Assembly (NCBI GenBank): GCA_000934665.2
Contig: JYFJ02000077.1
Coordinates: 1 to 64,000 of the forward strand
From: Catajapyx aquilonaris
Lineage: Eukaryota
Reading direction: 5' to 3'
DNA length: 64,000 bases
Made by a program: the position numbers and the translations under genes. This document shows, piece after piece, positions 1 to 14,022 of this stretch (position 1 is its first letter; the number at the start of each line of letters is the position of its first letter). A model generated the notes under the pieces. That model was not told the DNA's origin and did no database searches. It saw only the letters and a program-made list of their open reading frames with translations.

Positions 1-231
1 TGCCTTACTTCGATATGACACTCTCTCCAGCATGTACTTATTGTAAAGAAAGGGCGTGCCACAAAATACCATTAATCTCAATGTTTTTGTTTGTTTGTTT
101 GTTTGTTTGTTTGTTTGCTTATTACGTAAAAAGGGCATATTCATTATACTATCACGGTATGTTATCAGAAACCATTATTTTCCCCGCCATTTCTTCCCGC
201 CGAACGCCGAAAGGTGAAGCACTACCCCCAC

Positions 232-312
<81 letters not shown>
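232..312. repeat. (TTA)n microsatellite
   Basis: Uninterrupted TTA run. It explains the spurious poly-L and poly-N ORFs at 15..473 and 152..433. Confidence 0.97.
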
Positions 313-313
<1 letters not shown>

Positions 314-1290
314 CGATATACCTACCAGCTGTGTCCTTCTTTCTGAAGATTTTGAAATGGCCACCCTACCTGCTACAGAAGGCCTAAAAGGTCCACTAAA
401 AGAAAATAATAGATTCCCACACATGAAGAGCATCGACTCTCACACTCGTCAAAAACAAAACAAAAAAGGATAACAAACTGCGTATGTTCACAAATTATTC
501 CGTCTGCAGTACACCACTACCATCATCACAAGATGTTACTCTCGAACTGATACTTCAAGGGGGCACTCTCTCGAAAGCAACGTGTATCCATGGTACACAG
601 CGGTGCGATTTAAAAAAAATGCAAATTGTGTAGGCTACTGCATTATGTACATTAGTTAGTACAATGCAGTACACAATTTGCATGTTTTTAGCACAACGCA
701 TTTTACCCTACATGCACTGCATATATTCAAGACAGAAAATTTCTGTGTTTATCCTGACCGTTGCGAGCAATCCTGCGAGCTCTCCAGATCCAGGATGAAG
801 CCAGTTGTCATTTTATGCAAGTAAACCATTACTGAACTTGGCCGGGCACGTTTATTATTGATAAAACATCATTAGTAACACATATAATACATGAATGTTA
901 CATTTTCACATTAACTACATGACAATGCGATATATGACAGAAATGCGAAGAAATCTTTGAACCAGTCAGGATATCAACTTCCATAATAATTATGAAATAC
1001 ACGTCTCACCTCAGCAGACTCTCATCAACTTTCCGTTTACTGATATGTTAGCAACACCTGAAACATTGTACGCATCCTCTGCAAGAGTACACAGACGGCA
1101 GTAATGTATTGGACGTCACGCATATAACAACAGAGTGCGGAATAATATACAACAGATGGACGATCCTAACCTCTACAAATAACCAGAACAGTATATCAGG
1201 AACATTGTAGTCATGTCCATTTCAGCAGCATCTCCAGCACTTGTCCTCCCAAAAAAATGGCAATGGAGGGAAGGTGACAATGAATGCCGC

Positions 1291-4200
1291 TTATTGAGGG
1301 ATGATATATGCAGGAGGGATCCTCATCATAGCCAGTGCTCCTCCGAGGGAACACAAGAAGAGGAGACCGAATGTGGGGAATGCCCCAGACGCAGCGTCCG
1401 TGTTGCAGGCAGACGTCTTGCAGCAGTCCAGCGTGCAGTAGAACTCCTCTTTGCTGCGGTCACATGTGTTGCTCAGACCCAGGCTGTCGGATACCAAAGG
1501 ATTCTCGAATTTGCACGGGCCAAGTGCGCAGCTCTTCTCTATCACGAACCCGTCGTGAGCTTTGCAAGAAGAAGGCCATTAATATTTCGCATATTCAGAA
1601 GCAGCTAATAAGTAAATCATTAATTTCGCACCGTTTTTCTTAATGACTGTCATGCATCTGTCGTAGGCTTGGTCATCCGGGCACTTTCGGAGGTCGTCTT
1701 CGGTGCAGAGGCTGACATCCTCGGCAGTGCACATGTAGCAGGACAGGTTGTTCCGCAGGGAAAGAGCTGTGAAAGAACCAAAATCGGATGTTCAACTCAC
1801 TCGAGCATGTCATACTCGTCGCTTGCTTGATATAGACATGCTGAGTTCATTAACAAGGGAAATTTAATTTACACCTGTTTATTTGCTTAAAAATTAATCC
1901 GGGGCGCACCGCAGCCAGTAATTGGAGCGGGAGCCGTTATTACGAGCATGCGTCGAATCAATGATGCTCTGAATAATTAGAGTCTTTGAGCGTCAACATT
2001 ACGGTTGATCTCTGCGGATCTGCCGTGATTGAGAACTGCTATACCCATAGGACGGCAGCAATGTAACTCATTTCACCATCTCTAATTTCTCTACCAAAAA
2101 GTAAATATAAATGGTTTAAAAGAGGCAGTAGTCATACAGCAGATTGCATGAAATATACAATGTAGAAACACTGCATAATCAATGTAACTGCAGCGATTTT
2201 TCGAATGTATTACGTGGAGCATTCAAGGATTTTGTATACTGTAGTGGTTGTGCTATACATGCAAAAGTATAAAATAAATCATGGTGAGGGAGAATCATGT
2301 TTTTTTGTATGTACTCCACATACACACAGTACAGACCCATTCTCAGTTGTTGTTAGTGCGCAGCTGCTGTCAGATTTTGGCATAAAATCAATACAGTAAC
2401 ATTTTATAACTCCAAGGTAAGAAAAAGTGCGTCCAAGCTTTTGCCCACTCAAGTAAATAAAAGCAGTGCACTCATTACGGTCATATCTATGAGAATGCCG
2501 TTTTTGTGACAGCTATTTGAATGACACTCATTAGTGATAACTATAGCCGATTGGGGATTTTTAGGCACGAAAAAACCCTGAGATAGGCTAGGAAAAACCT
2601 CAAAATTTTACTTTTGCGCGCGCATGGAGGTTAATGTTACAGAAAATCAAAAGAGATACACAAATTTTACAGGCCTAAAGTATAAATATAAGGTCACAAC
2701 CCAAACCAAAATCTTAATGACAACGATAAACTGGCAGAAAATCACAAAACTTGGGCAAACGATAAAGTGCTGAGCCCGTTTCCACTTGCACAGTGTTACG
2801 AAATATTTTTCTAGATTTTCATTAGTGAAACTGTAATTACTTCTGAACGATTTTGACGGCATTAGTACACTTGCTTATAAATTAATGAACAGGCTACTGT
2901 ATAGAAACTGATGAGTTGGCTGGCCAAAGCCTGATCGGAGTTAGGTTACAAGCAAGCTTACTCGAATCGACTTTTCATGTAGCTAGGATACCAAAACAAG
3001 AGGACTTTTTTTTCTCCTGGTTTTATTCGGAGCCCTGCAATCCACTCTGGATACGTGCAGGCTCCAAGGCTTTGCCACAAAATGACCTGTTTTTTTTTAA
3101 CACACTAACAGAAACTGTACCTTGTCACATTGGACTAAATAACTTTTTCAAGCAGAATAATTTCTCCTGATCAGTCACTTGCTATAATAGAAACAATATA
3201 GCCTAATATTTCTTCCATAAAATATAAGCACAACATAGTGCAGAATGAAAGGTCAAAGCGCCCTGAGAGCACAGTGATAGGCATATATCCTTCAAGCGAT
3301 CCAGCCTTCTGCAGCCTCCGGACCCCCTTAAAGAACCCGCTTCCTCTGGGTAATTAATCTCAATCAAAAGGGAAAATCAAGCCTCTCGCTGCGCAGTAAT
3401 GAAAGTCACCTCGTGAACTTTAGCATTCAGGCAGGTGGATCTCATCCATATATTCTCACTGACAAGCCTCTATATAGCATTTCTCCTTTTTCTCTCGCCA
3501 AACTTCATTTCTTTTTGCCGAGTGGTAGAGAGAACTTGTCCTATATCTGGTTGGGACAGACGCTATCCTTTTATGGGACTAGGACTATATGTTATTTGGC
3601 GCCTCTACTGGGATTTCCTTCAGATGAAATGCCATTTGGCGTGGAGAAAAGGAAAAGTGGAATTGAAGAGAGGTGCTGTATTTTCAATTGTATGTCGTCC
3701 CAATGTTGACTAACAGACTTGCTAACAGAACGCCCAAAAAAATGTGAAGGGAGAGAAAAAAAAACTGATGTTAAATGAAAGGCAATTTCATGCTCGGTTT
3801 GTGCTTTGCTGGAAGGCCCGGTTTTTGCGGTGAAAACACATTTCCAGTCAGTGAGGGAGAAGCCTTTTGCGTTTGTCAGGGGAGAAAAACGTGAAGTGAA
3901 TGATATTTTTCCTCAACTGACAACTGGTCGAACTGGAGGGAAAAAAATTCCGCAGAGTTTTTTTTTTCGAAAGAAAATGCGTCAGAAATGTAGAATCCAA
4001 TTGATAGTCCTATGAAGTGCAAATATTTGCAATATCAGAAACATATTCTAGCACTTCCAATACTGTTTCACTTTAAATGTGTGATTGAATAAAGACAGCC
4101 ATACTTTACCAGCTTCTTTGGCACATTTGAATATCTTTATACCTCATGAATTTCAAATGAAGGTCGTTAAGACAGGAGTACTAGAAGCGTGAAATTCAAT

Positions 4201-7200
4201 TCTCTATTCCAAAATCCCAGCAGCAGGGAAACCAAAGCCCATAGAGGCATGCCTTGTAATGCAAATAGGATTGCGCGGGTTAGGTATTGTGAAGAACGAG
4301 CCCTTTATTCATAGTGATATTTTAAAGAGCTTAATTTAACCTCAGTTTCGAGTATTAAAAAGGATATTAGTGTGCGAACTATTCAGTCCTCAGGCACTTT
4401 TGAACTAATAAATCTCACCAGAAGTTCCATTAAAGTTGATGAATGCTGGGCTCAGATTGTGTAGCCTACATTTTTAGTTAACTTGACGATGCCTGATATT
4501 GACTCTGCCGAGTGAAACTCTACCTCTCACATTATTACTTTGCCGTGACGAGCTTTTTTGGCTTCTTGCCGACACAAAGTTTAGCAATAACGATTTCCCT
4601 GCCAGTTTCCCTGTACACTAATGGAGCGTATAATGCACTATCCTTTTAATGGCAGCATTAGCTAAACTGCAGCTTAGATAACCTATTACCCGAGTAATAA
4701 TTTTTAAAAAGGAGTTCAATTATTAAAATCTATTTCAGATGTAGGTAGAACAGCTCACACACGCAATTTGGACCTGAAATGTAACATGTAATGCAAGTGG
4801 TGCAGGTTTCACAACAGGTGTTTTGTCTCTCTCTGGAGAGGTGTTCTGTAGTGCCTCGTGATAATACCCTGTGAGCCACAAGGGTTAGCCTACAATGTAC
4901 ACTTCCACCTCTGAGACTCTGAATTCTATCCTGAGCCTGGAGCTAATGGACTTCTAACGTGAACAGAGTTCCAATGAGTTTCCTCCATGTGCTCGAGAAT
5001 GCTCTGAGTTCATTACAGCACTTTAATGATGAGGTGTTCAATTAAGCATGTCATCCTTTTTTATTTAAAACGCATGGTGTCACATGACTGGATAACATGA
5101 AGACCACACCCAATAAAAAAATATTGACCACTTACTGACTATAGGACCTTCCGGCCACCCAATTCTGTAAAATCCGCCAAAAGTGAATTGGGCATCGGCA
5201 GAACCGGCTTTGAACCCCAGAAATATATTTTCCAGTCGACCAGACACAATCCCTACGAGACCGATATTAATTAATAGAATCCCCATCTCGCGAGCAAACA
5301 CGCCTGACCTAATACAAATTTATCCATAAAAATGTCTGGCCATGGCAAAAATCTCCGCGCCTTCAATCCGTAATTTTCTGGACCAATGATGCAGATATTT
5401 GAAAAATGGTGTTTGGTAAGCAAATGTTGGACCTTAGGGCCTTTGGAGAGAGCCGGAATGTCAAGTGGAATTGAACGAGGGGTGGGTGGTGTTCCATTCC
5501 AGCAAAATCCCCATTTCCTGCCTTCCCACTCTGGATTACCCTTCATCTGGAGGTAATCGATGAGAGGTAGAAGGCCCGGGGATGAGGAAAAGAGGATGGC
5601 ACACCTGAATTTAGTACATGCCATCATCAAAGGCAGCCCTGTGGGTACCCATTATAAATTTGCAGGCTCTAGAATGACAAGTGTGAAACCTTATCAGCCT
5701 CCAGCTAGGGCTATGCTGGTACATGACCTGACTTTGCACTCAGGTGAGTTTGTGATATACAGGTGCAAAAGACACAAAAAAATCAATCCCTTGTAATTGA
5801 AATCCTTGTTATATAGGATAAACATGTTACAGACAGAAGGCTTCAGATCTGTTTTCGCTCTGGTTAGTCACTCTCAGATCTGGATAATAGGATTTATTAA
5901 TTTTAACGCCTTCCAGATGAAAGTCCTAATCCACAAATTGCATCCCTTTTACTATAGGGGGCGAGCAAACACGAAATCAAAAGCGACGGCGTACTTAATT
6001 TGGGCTCAGATGTTTCCTATTGCATGCAAAGTTCGGATGAAGCTGGAAGAACTTTGGAGATGGGGGGGAAAAAAGTAATGTAGTTTACAAAGCCACTTTG
6101 ACACGCCTTTGCTATATAGGGACTGTCAACTACAGGGCTGCGGATTAGGCAAATGCAGTCCTTTAGGAAGGAATTTTAGGAGGAAGTAGGCCACTATATG
6201 ATAATGATCAGGTACTTTTTTGTTGAAAGATGGTTGGGGGGCATGATAATAACTTCTTTTATATTCATAGAAAATTTTAACGAGCTCTGGATTGGTTATT
6301 GAAGATTGAAAAAAACTTGATCTGAAATATCTGGGTACCTTTTTACTCAATTTATACTAAAAATTGTGAGTTACCCGACTACTGTGTACCTTATTTTTGC
6401 TCACACCGTTATGTTATGCATGTTCTCATGTTCTATCATTATGCCCGTTGTTCACCACAAGCCTCAGGATTTGAAAACTTACCCACAAAATCCAGACAAT
6501 TTTCCTCACACAAGCCGTCCGCAATGCATAATGATATGACCCTACAAGCGCTAACAACATCCATAAACGTAATGTATGACGACCATTGTGCTGAATTACA
6601 GTCATAACTCAGACATACTCTTGTCAATCATTACGACAAAGCCAGTGCAGCTCGGCTTGAAATCATTATACCAAACAAAAACGTACCGCACTATTAAATC
6701 CATTATATGCGCCACATAACATGTAAACAGCAAGCCACAAAACAACCGCGAAAATACACATTCACATGAAACACTTTTAATTAAAAAGCTCACCTAAAAT
6801 TCGCCACAATCTCTGTTCCTCCAATAATCAACTATACCCAACTTATCCTTTCCCAAGTCCACTACAACAATGAGTTTTGTCACACCTGACAAAACTGGAT
6901 GTCCGAACAACCCTTTTATACGCCCGGTTTGGTCATCCCACAAAATGTCAAAGGCCCCCCCCTCTTTTTTTTTAAGCGTCAATCGAACTTTCCCCATCCC
7001 TTTTGCAAACACAGATGACGGCAGGGGTTGGGGGTTACAAAAACAGGGAACACTGCAATGATGCTTTCTGGTCCAGAAAGTGGCTTTAAATATCGATCAT
7101 CGCACTTCCAAGCTTGGCATCCCCCCCCCCCCCTTGCTTTTATGGCTTCATGACGAGATGCAAGGAGAAAGACGCTTCATCCTATACCTGCTTGGCTTCA

Positions 7201-8455
7201 AATTCAATTCCCGTCACCGACCGACGATGAACTTCCCTTCTAAGACCTTTCCTTTTTCGGGTCTCCTTTTTCCAGCACGTCTCAAACCTGATAAGTCGAT
7301 TAGCTGAAATGAACCAGACTCAAGATAGGACCAATTTCAAGAAGTGCAAGTTGCTTTTGGTTGATGAAACATTTGCGATTTTTTTGTGAAAAAGTTAATT
7401 AGTGTAATTACTGTTAATGGTAAATCAACAGGTGATTATTATTTCCAGAATTGGATCGCTTTTTCTTATTATTTTTTGGAGTGGGGCTGTACAGAGAACT
7501 ATGTTGCTTTTGATGTGGTAAGGTCTTGTTTGCTTGTTAATTAGGTTACCTGGCAACGAAGTAATTCGGCGTAGTGTTGTGCACCAAACTGCGCAGTAAT
7601 GTTGAGTTTAAAAAAAATCGCAATCTGATACTGGGTCCTGCTCACAGGGATAATTGTCAAAGGACTCCATTTAGTCAAAAATGTTGTTATCCTGGAAAGG
7701 CATGCAATTTCCACAATGGAACAAAGCAGTGTTTCATATTCAGTCAGAAAAAAATATTGAGTTAATGGCAGCGTGTACGATTTCATATTCATAGCAACAA
7801 AATTAGCACAAAAATTCAAAGTTCGACATTTTTTGTAATGTAGTGAAAACTGACAAAGAGATGGAAAAATATTCATTACTTGGCAAATGGTTTCACAAAC
7901 TTTGAATAAAAAGGCCTTTGTTTTCCTCTTTATGAGCCCATGGAGATACTGGAATGGAAAGCACTACCTGATATTTTCCCTCAGCTGGAGGGCACGGAGA
8001 TGGGATGAAACCCAGAATCTATACCGTGTACTCTTACTTGGCGAGATTGTCTCTCTATAGTTCCACTCTCCTGCATTGGTTTACAAAGACTCAGAATCAG
8101 ACTCAAAGAACTCTCTATTCAACCACATAATTATGCAAAGGGATACCATTTTTCATGTGCTCGCTATTTCTCCCTCTCTGGAGTGTCCGATTATACAAAT
8201 TTAAATTTTGAAAAGATTTGAGCCCAAGACTTGAACAATTTATGTAGATTGCAAACGTCAAAAATAGTAGGTGTTGAATGATTTATTTATTTATTTTACC
8301 CCATGCTGGGCCAACAAGACCCTTGAGGGGGTAGTAGTTGTTTATAATGGGCCCATAAATTACATAATAACAATAACCTTAGCTACATCGGTGTTCAACT
8401 CACCTGTCTGCATATGCGCCAGAAAGATGACACTGCCCAGGATGAACAACTTCAT
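1291..8455 (-). CDS. Ly6/uPAR three-finger domain protein, secreted and probably GPI-anchored (quiver/sleepless-like family). Exons 8455-8404, 1766-1632, 1559-1291
   Basis: Spliced frame reads MKLFILGSVIFLAHMQTALSLRNNLSCYMCTAEDVSLC...KCPDDQAYDRCM...KSCALGPC...TCDRSKEEFYCTLDCCKTSACN, then a hydrophobic tail. It shows the CYxC start, the CCxxxxCN end, a signal peptide and phase-1 GT/AG introns. The signal-peptide exon is assigned across a 6.6-kb intron by phase and a strong G|GTGAGT donor. Confidence 0.85.
4872..5010 (+). mobile_element. Degenerate copy of the tRNA-derived SINE seen at 37243-37507
   Basis: GGTTAGC...CTTCCACCTCTGAGACTCTGAATTCTATCC...GTGAACAGAGTTCCAATGAGTTTCCTCCATGTGCTCG aligns by eye with GGTTAGC...CTTCCACCTCTAAGGTCCCGAGTTCGATCC...GTGGATAGAGTTTCGATGGGTTCTCTCCGTGTTCG. 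Confidence 0.6.
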
Positions 8456-8810
8456 TTTTTCCTTCCGAAAACCCCAGTGTTTTTCAAAAATCAAAAAAAA
8501 TCACCAGAAGTCAATCTCTACTGCTTCCCATCTCGAAACAACTTATGCTTACACCATTGTTATTCAACCACAGGATGGATCATACTCTCCCCTAACAAGA
8601 TGATTCCACAGGCTCACTTCGCCTCCAGGGTGGACCATACACGAGGTCACCTATTGCAGAGGTCGAGTGAAAATGTAATGCAGTCCTGTCTGGATGCAGT
8701 TCACTTTGGATCTGGTTGGAGCGGTCTTTTCCCAGGGACCCCAAATATTCGAGCAGGCGCGGTTGCGACCGCATCACTCGCAGGCACATATGTCAAACAT
8801 GACCCGCCCT

Positions 8811-8817
8811 CTTATAG
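8811..8817 (-). promoter_or_regulatory. Candidate TATA box of the Ly6 gene
   Basis: CTATAAG on the minus strand ~355 bp upstream of the ATG at 8455, in a locally GC-rich context. Confidence 0.35.
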
Positions 8818-9953
8818 GGTTCAAGCTACGGCGCAGGTGAGCAACAAGGTGTGTGAGAGTATTCTAACGTTTTCTGGCATTCAAGTAATGGTCATATGAG
8901 GTCGGACCAATCAGTACTCGTAATTTCGTTTCACTGTATATGGGAGATGACCAATTGCAACAGGATATAATATTCCTTCAGGGTGCATTATTTTTTAACC
9001 TTTCACATGAAAAGGGCAGAACAATGGCATTTTAATAATTCCAGCAGCTTTCACCTTTTGGAAAAATGAAGAGATGGAAATTACTCTGAGATCATTTTCG
9101 GGATAGGAGTTACGCAACTGATTACGCAAATATACAAGACTGCAGGGGACTTTTCCGAAATTATTAATTTGTTACGGCAAACTTACACTTTTTGGCGTGT
9201 AACCATTTAGGATCGAAAATGCATAGTTGCCGAAATAATTAGCCTCAGTAATCAAAAAGTGCAGTGCACCATGCCTATATCACCGCTGGTTCTGCCGTCG
9301 ACACGTCCACTGATTCGCAACTAGTTACTAAATCAATTAAAACTGCATGGAAACACTTGAGTTAGAAAAGCAGGATTTCATGCATTCCCAGATGCCCTGA
9401 AACTTGTGTTTGAAGGACATTACCAATGTACTATGTAACAATGCACTGTCGACAAAGACATCTTCAATCATCAGTATAATTTGGCATAACATACAATATT
9501 TCGTCATCAATTTTTATTTAGATTAAATCCCATTACAGAGCTGATGTACTTACATACAGTACCTACATCGCTCATCCTAAAATGTTGTAGGCCTACTTTG
9601 GAATCATAAACAAAAATGAAATACAGTTCCAAGAGCCAATAAGTCATGCAAAATACTGCATTGACAAAACTCACCCAGAAGGTTAAAACTTTTTATAATT
9701 GCAAGTTAACCTTAACTTTTCACACTGCTAATTCTATACTACAGGATTAGTGACAATTCTGAACAAATCCTCTAAGAATCCAACAAGTGGGATAAATCAG
9801 AATTCTGAGTGTCCAGCACACTGTTGATGCATTTTTCTCAGTCCTTTCTGACCTTTGGAGCACATATCACTGGGCCGAAGAGTTGCCATCACCTGGCTCA
9901 TGAGCAAGGAACAGTAGTACTGTAGTAAAGCTACCTACTAAAATCCTAAAATC

Positions 9954-10088
9954 CTGATGCCCGATTGCACCAACGAAATTACACATTTGATGGCTCCTAA
10001 CAGATCATTAGCACACGTTAAAAGGGTTCCTAACGATCCATTAGGAGCTATCGAATCGGTGATTTCAGTTGGTGCAATCGGGCACCAG
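9954..10088. mobile_element. Fold-back MITE, possibly PIF/Harbinger-like
   Basis: TGCCCGATTGCACCAAC...GTTGGTGCAATCGGGCA are perfect inverted ends, and imperfect complementarity continues inward (GCTCCTAA/TTAGGAGC). Confidence 0.7.
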
Positions 10089-10891
10089 TGTTTGAACCAC
10101 AACTGCCAGTTAAACGGCATGTGGTTAGCGAAGACAGTTTTTTAACCTGGAGCAAGATTTGTCAGGACCACTTCAGATTTTGATTTAAATTGCAATCTTA
10201 CTCAGCTGCAGTTTACGTCTCATATTAAAAATCAGTCCTGAGAGGTCATGCACCTTGCACATGGAGATCAAAAAGTTGTATCCAACCCAAACCAATCTCA
10301 TTAACATGGATCACCTTGCCTTATTTTTTAAAAATCTTTGTTTTTTCATAGAATAGCACATACAGTATGTACGGAATGAGGTTCAAACATAATGAAAGCA
10401 CAAAATTAAAACTACGTTTTATTTCATAAAATAACTTCCAAAAATAACAATTCAAACTGGAGTTTCATGTTTCACAATTCTACCAAATTCATTCATATTC
10501 AAATAAAATACACGGAAAGTGTTGCAATAAAAAATGGGCACAAGTACATCTTATCAAAATTACTTGATATTCATTTAGTCACAACACACAATGGACGGCT
10601 AGTAAAATTTCTTTACGAAATGGGTACAAATAAATTGATATTCAATTAAGAAATGAACACAGTGTAAAATCTTGCGAAATATATTGTGGAAACTACATTC
10701 ATTGACAATGGCTATGAATCTCAAATTGCCACAAATGCAAAAGGACGGCTTCTTTTCAAGTCTTTGAAATGTCTTATGTACATGGAATGTAGCTGTCATC
10801 GGGGTACTTCATAACTTTCATATTCACAGGTATATCGGGACGGATGTGATGCTTCTTAGATTCATTCTCATTTTTCGTTGGGCAGATCTTC

Positions 10892-13306
10892 TTATCGGTT
10901 TAGAAAGCGATGGTAAAACAGAGTTAAAAATGCTCCTGACAGCAACAGCATCAGGTTGAAATGCACTGTACTGGCTCCCAACTGTAATGAAATAAGTGAT
11001 ATTTTAGGAAATATAATTACACTAAAGAAGAAAACTAATCTAGGAAATTCTGGGTCATCATTTCCAATACCAGTAGGGTCTGCTGAGTTATATAATTTTG
11101 GTTTGGAAGCTTAGGCAGGTGTTACATATGATTGAGTCATTCAGAAATTCTGCTCACTTCTTAAAATACCAGAGTCTCCATATTTTGAAGGAACTTAACT
11201 GGGTCATATGCTGCAAGTTCGTTAACTGATAGGATTTATTGCATCCCAACAGCTTTTACAACAATTTTTTTCCATTGACCATTGACTTCGACCTTCTGGT
11301 TTCAGCCTGCATCATCATGAACTCAGAAACGCGAAAAAGTTCACAACTCCCACAATGATCGACCAATTTCTGTGAAACTTGCAGTTTCTGACTGAGCAAA
11401 AATCAACAAATGGCCTTTTCATCGACTCATCATTGATCATTCATAACAAATCAAAACTTTTAAGCAGGTGAACCTCAAATTCATCTATCAAATAAGTGTG
11501 CAGACTTCCCTCATTTCACTTTAAAGCTATTGCTTCCACAAATTAGTGAACAATTATATGCTTATGCTCCAAATTGACATAGGCTTTGTAAAGATTTCTC
11601 ACATGGTTTTGACCAGAGGCATACTCACAATGGCATAATAGTTGCACCTGTCTCCCTGGCAGCACTCGGCACACTTCCAGTCCTCGTACCAGATACGGTG
11701 GCAGTAAGGCATAAAGGAGCTTCTTGTATCCTCACAGTCAGCTCTGGTTGAGCACCTCTTAGACACGTAATACTGCTTCCTTGCACCTTCATCCCAGTAA
11801 GGTGTGCCTGAAAATTATGCACTCTTTATGAACAGTTCCACATAACCCAATATGTCATTACATAAATCAAGCAATGATAAATATTGTTACCATGGCCTCT
11901 TGCTACTTATTGGACCTAAATCCAAAGCTTAACTATTAATATTGTGCATGGGTGATGATAGGATTTCACAGGTACAAGCCAATCCAATGCTTTATTTTGC
12001 AAGAATTATATTTGAATTCATTGATTTGGATATACATGGGGATCAAAACTACCTGTCAAACTAACATGGCTATTTGTTGGCACTAAGCTGCTTATTTTGT
12101 GGCAGTTACTTTTGCATCGTTACTTTTAATGGTTAACAAAAATATCAGCTGCTAATATTACACTGAATTGAATCATTCATTTGTGCTCAACTGTAACATA
12201 CTGTATCGCTCAAAAACAGAGACGATTTTGCATTTGATTCAAGTGCAGGCTGCACTTGAATCAAACACAAAATCATCTCTTATGTTTTTGAGGAATATAG
12301 TACTTGTATGTCCAATTAGGAAGGTCGCACAAGAGCAATTGGCATGTCACATCTATTGCAGAATCCACTGTGCATACAACAACCCCTTTCAGTGTTTAAG
12401 AAAGGATGGGTACTACATGTAATCTACTATTAGCAGCTAATGCTGTTTATAATAGTAAAGTTAACTATGCAAAAGTAGCCTGCTAAAAATAAGCAGTTTA
12501 GTGTCAGCAAAAAGCCACGTTAGCTTGAGAGGTGTTTTTGATCACGCTGTATATGTAAGGGTTCACCACTATGATCCCCAACATGTGTATCCTCTGGATA
12601 TTTAAAAAAAATACACTATGGAACTTGCACCTAGCAGAATTCCACAAGAAACCCACTAAAAATGTGCACTTACTTCCCCAGCGAATCTCTGTTAGGCAGG
12701 TGTCCTCCTCTGGTTCACATGTCTTGATTGTTTTTAGGCATTTGTCAGCATTGCCATCTTGCTTGGTGCACACATAGCATTCCATACACCAACCTATTGA
12801 TAAGAAGCTTAAGTCACATATTCAAATAGCCACACACATTGAAATATGAAATCATTGTAAAGATGACACCAAGCTAATTAAACAATGATTCAGTGGGAAA
12901 GGGGTCATCTGTTGTATTTAACTTGGATGGACTGATACATCGTTTGTCATTTAATTGTATTTGTTGAATCATGTGACATATGTTTGGTTAATGACAATTT
13001 ATTACACCCTTTACTTCCTGACAGCCAGTGTAATGTCATAATCAGCTACAAATTCCCACGCTGGCTTCCCCTACCACGCCCAACAAATGAATTAATCAAA
13101 AGCAAGCTTGCAATCATCTGACACTCCTATTGCGTTCAATCAGCCTGCCCCATTCGACCCCTGGTGTATCATATGTGTTCCCAGTTGCCCTGGTTGTACC
13201 CCTGCCCCTACTTACACGACTGGACCAGGAGGCAGAGGGCCGCCAGCAGGGTCAGGAGGGAGAGGCCCGACCCCTCCCAAACTGCGCTCATTCTGACGGC
13301 AGCCAT
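10892..13306 (-). CDS. crok: Crooked-like Ly6/three-finger GPI-anchored protein (septate junction). Exons 13306-13216, 12793-12674, 11807-11629, 10981-10892
   Basis: Spliced protein: MAAVRMSAVWEGSGLSLLTLLAALCLLVQSCWCMECYVCTKQDGNADKCLKTIKTCEPEEDTCLTEIRWGSTPYWDEGARKQYYVSKRCSTRADCEDTRSSFMPYCHRIWYEDWKCAECCQGDRCNYYAILGAS plus a hydrophobic tail. The motifs TEIRWGS, KQYYVSKRC, IWYEDW and CCQGDRCNY are recognised from Drosophila Crooked. All introns are GT/AG and in phase. Confidence 0.9.
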
Positions 13307-14022
13307 GTTTGCAGGGGCCGCACCCAAAAATCCGCCGTTGACAACAACACCCATCGAGAAACAACCGGATTTAAGCTTGAAATCAGGCACACATGCCGTC
13401 CCAATTTTAATCAGAAAATTACGGCACACGAATCATTACAAGCAAGTGTCACGCTCTTTCTAAACGTGTCAACAATGACGCAGGGTTGGAAACACGGCGA
13501 ATGGCCGCGTCCGAACCGCGTCAGACGGTGGTTCACGTCCACGCGTCTGCGTCACGTCCATCCAAATTAGTTTCCGTCATGCGTCACGGTCAATCGATGT
13601 GACTCCAATTCGAGGGTCAGAACTGGCAACATGCGTGACACATAATCCCAGTGCTGGCAATAAGTCTATATTCGGACGCGCCCGCCGTGTAATACGCGAT
13701 CGTCTCTCCTTCTCCATGTCATCCTTCCTGCTGGACTGTTGCCGGAAATATCTTCGGTCCTTGGGTCTCTCCGCGACTCCAGCCCCGGAGGGTCGATGCC
13801 CCGGGGCACTGGGTCACCGGACCGGAAGGGAACTCGGGAGCAGGTTGTGACCTTGGAGGAGTAAAAAGCAGGGAAAGTTGACTGACAGGTCTCGAGGAGA
13901 GGGAGGGAGGGAAGGAGGGTGTCACTCTTGCGCCCTTATTTTTGTTACGTGCTGTTGCTTCCCGTCCACGAAAATTCATCCTGGTGGTGGTGGTGGGGGC
14001 GGAATAGGAAGGGCAGAGGGGC
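13307..14022. promoter_or_regulatory. CpG-rich bidirectional promoter/5' UTR region between crok and PLEKHA3-like
   Basis: 716 bp separate the divergent ATGs. The region is GC/CpG-rich against an AT-rich background and has repeated TGACGCA/TGCGTCA, TCACGT and CCGGAA motifs. Confidence 0.65.

Noticed and set aside
15..473. 152-aa poly-Leu ORF and the antisense poly-Asn ORF
   Set aside because: Both are artefacts of the (GTTT)n and (TTA)n microsatellites.
618..684. Short imperfect inverted repeat
   Set aside because: It is AT-rich, short and has no clear TSD, so it cannot be classified.
1213..1643. Plus-strand ORFs of 131 and 102 aa
   Set aside because: They are antisense shadows of the Ly6 exons.
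8414..8899. 161-aa plus-strand ORF
   Set aside because: It has no recognisable domain and overlaps the antisense first exon, 5' UTR and promoter of the Ly6 gene.
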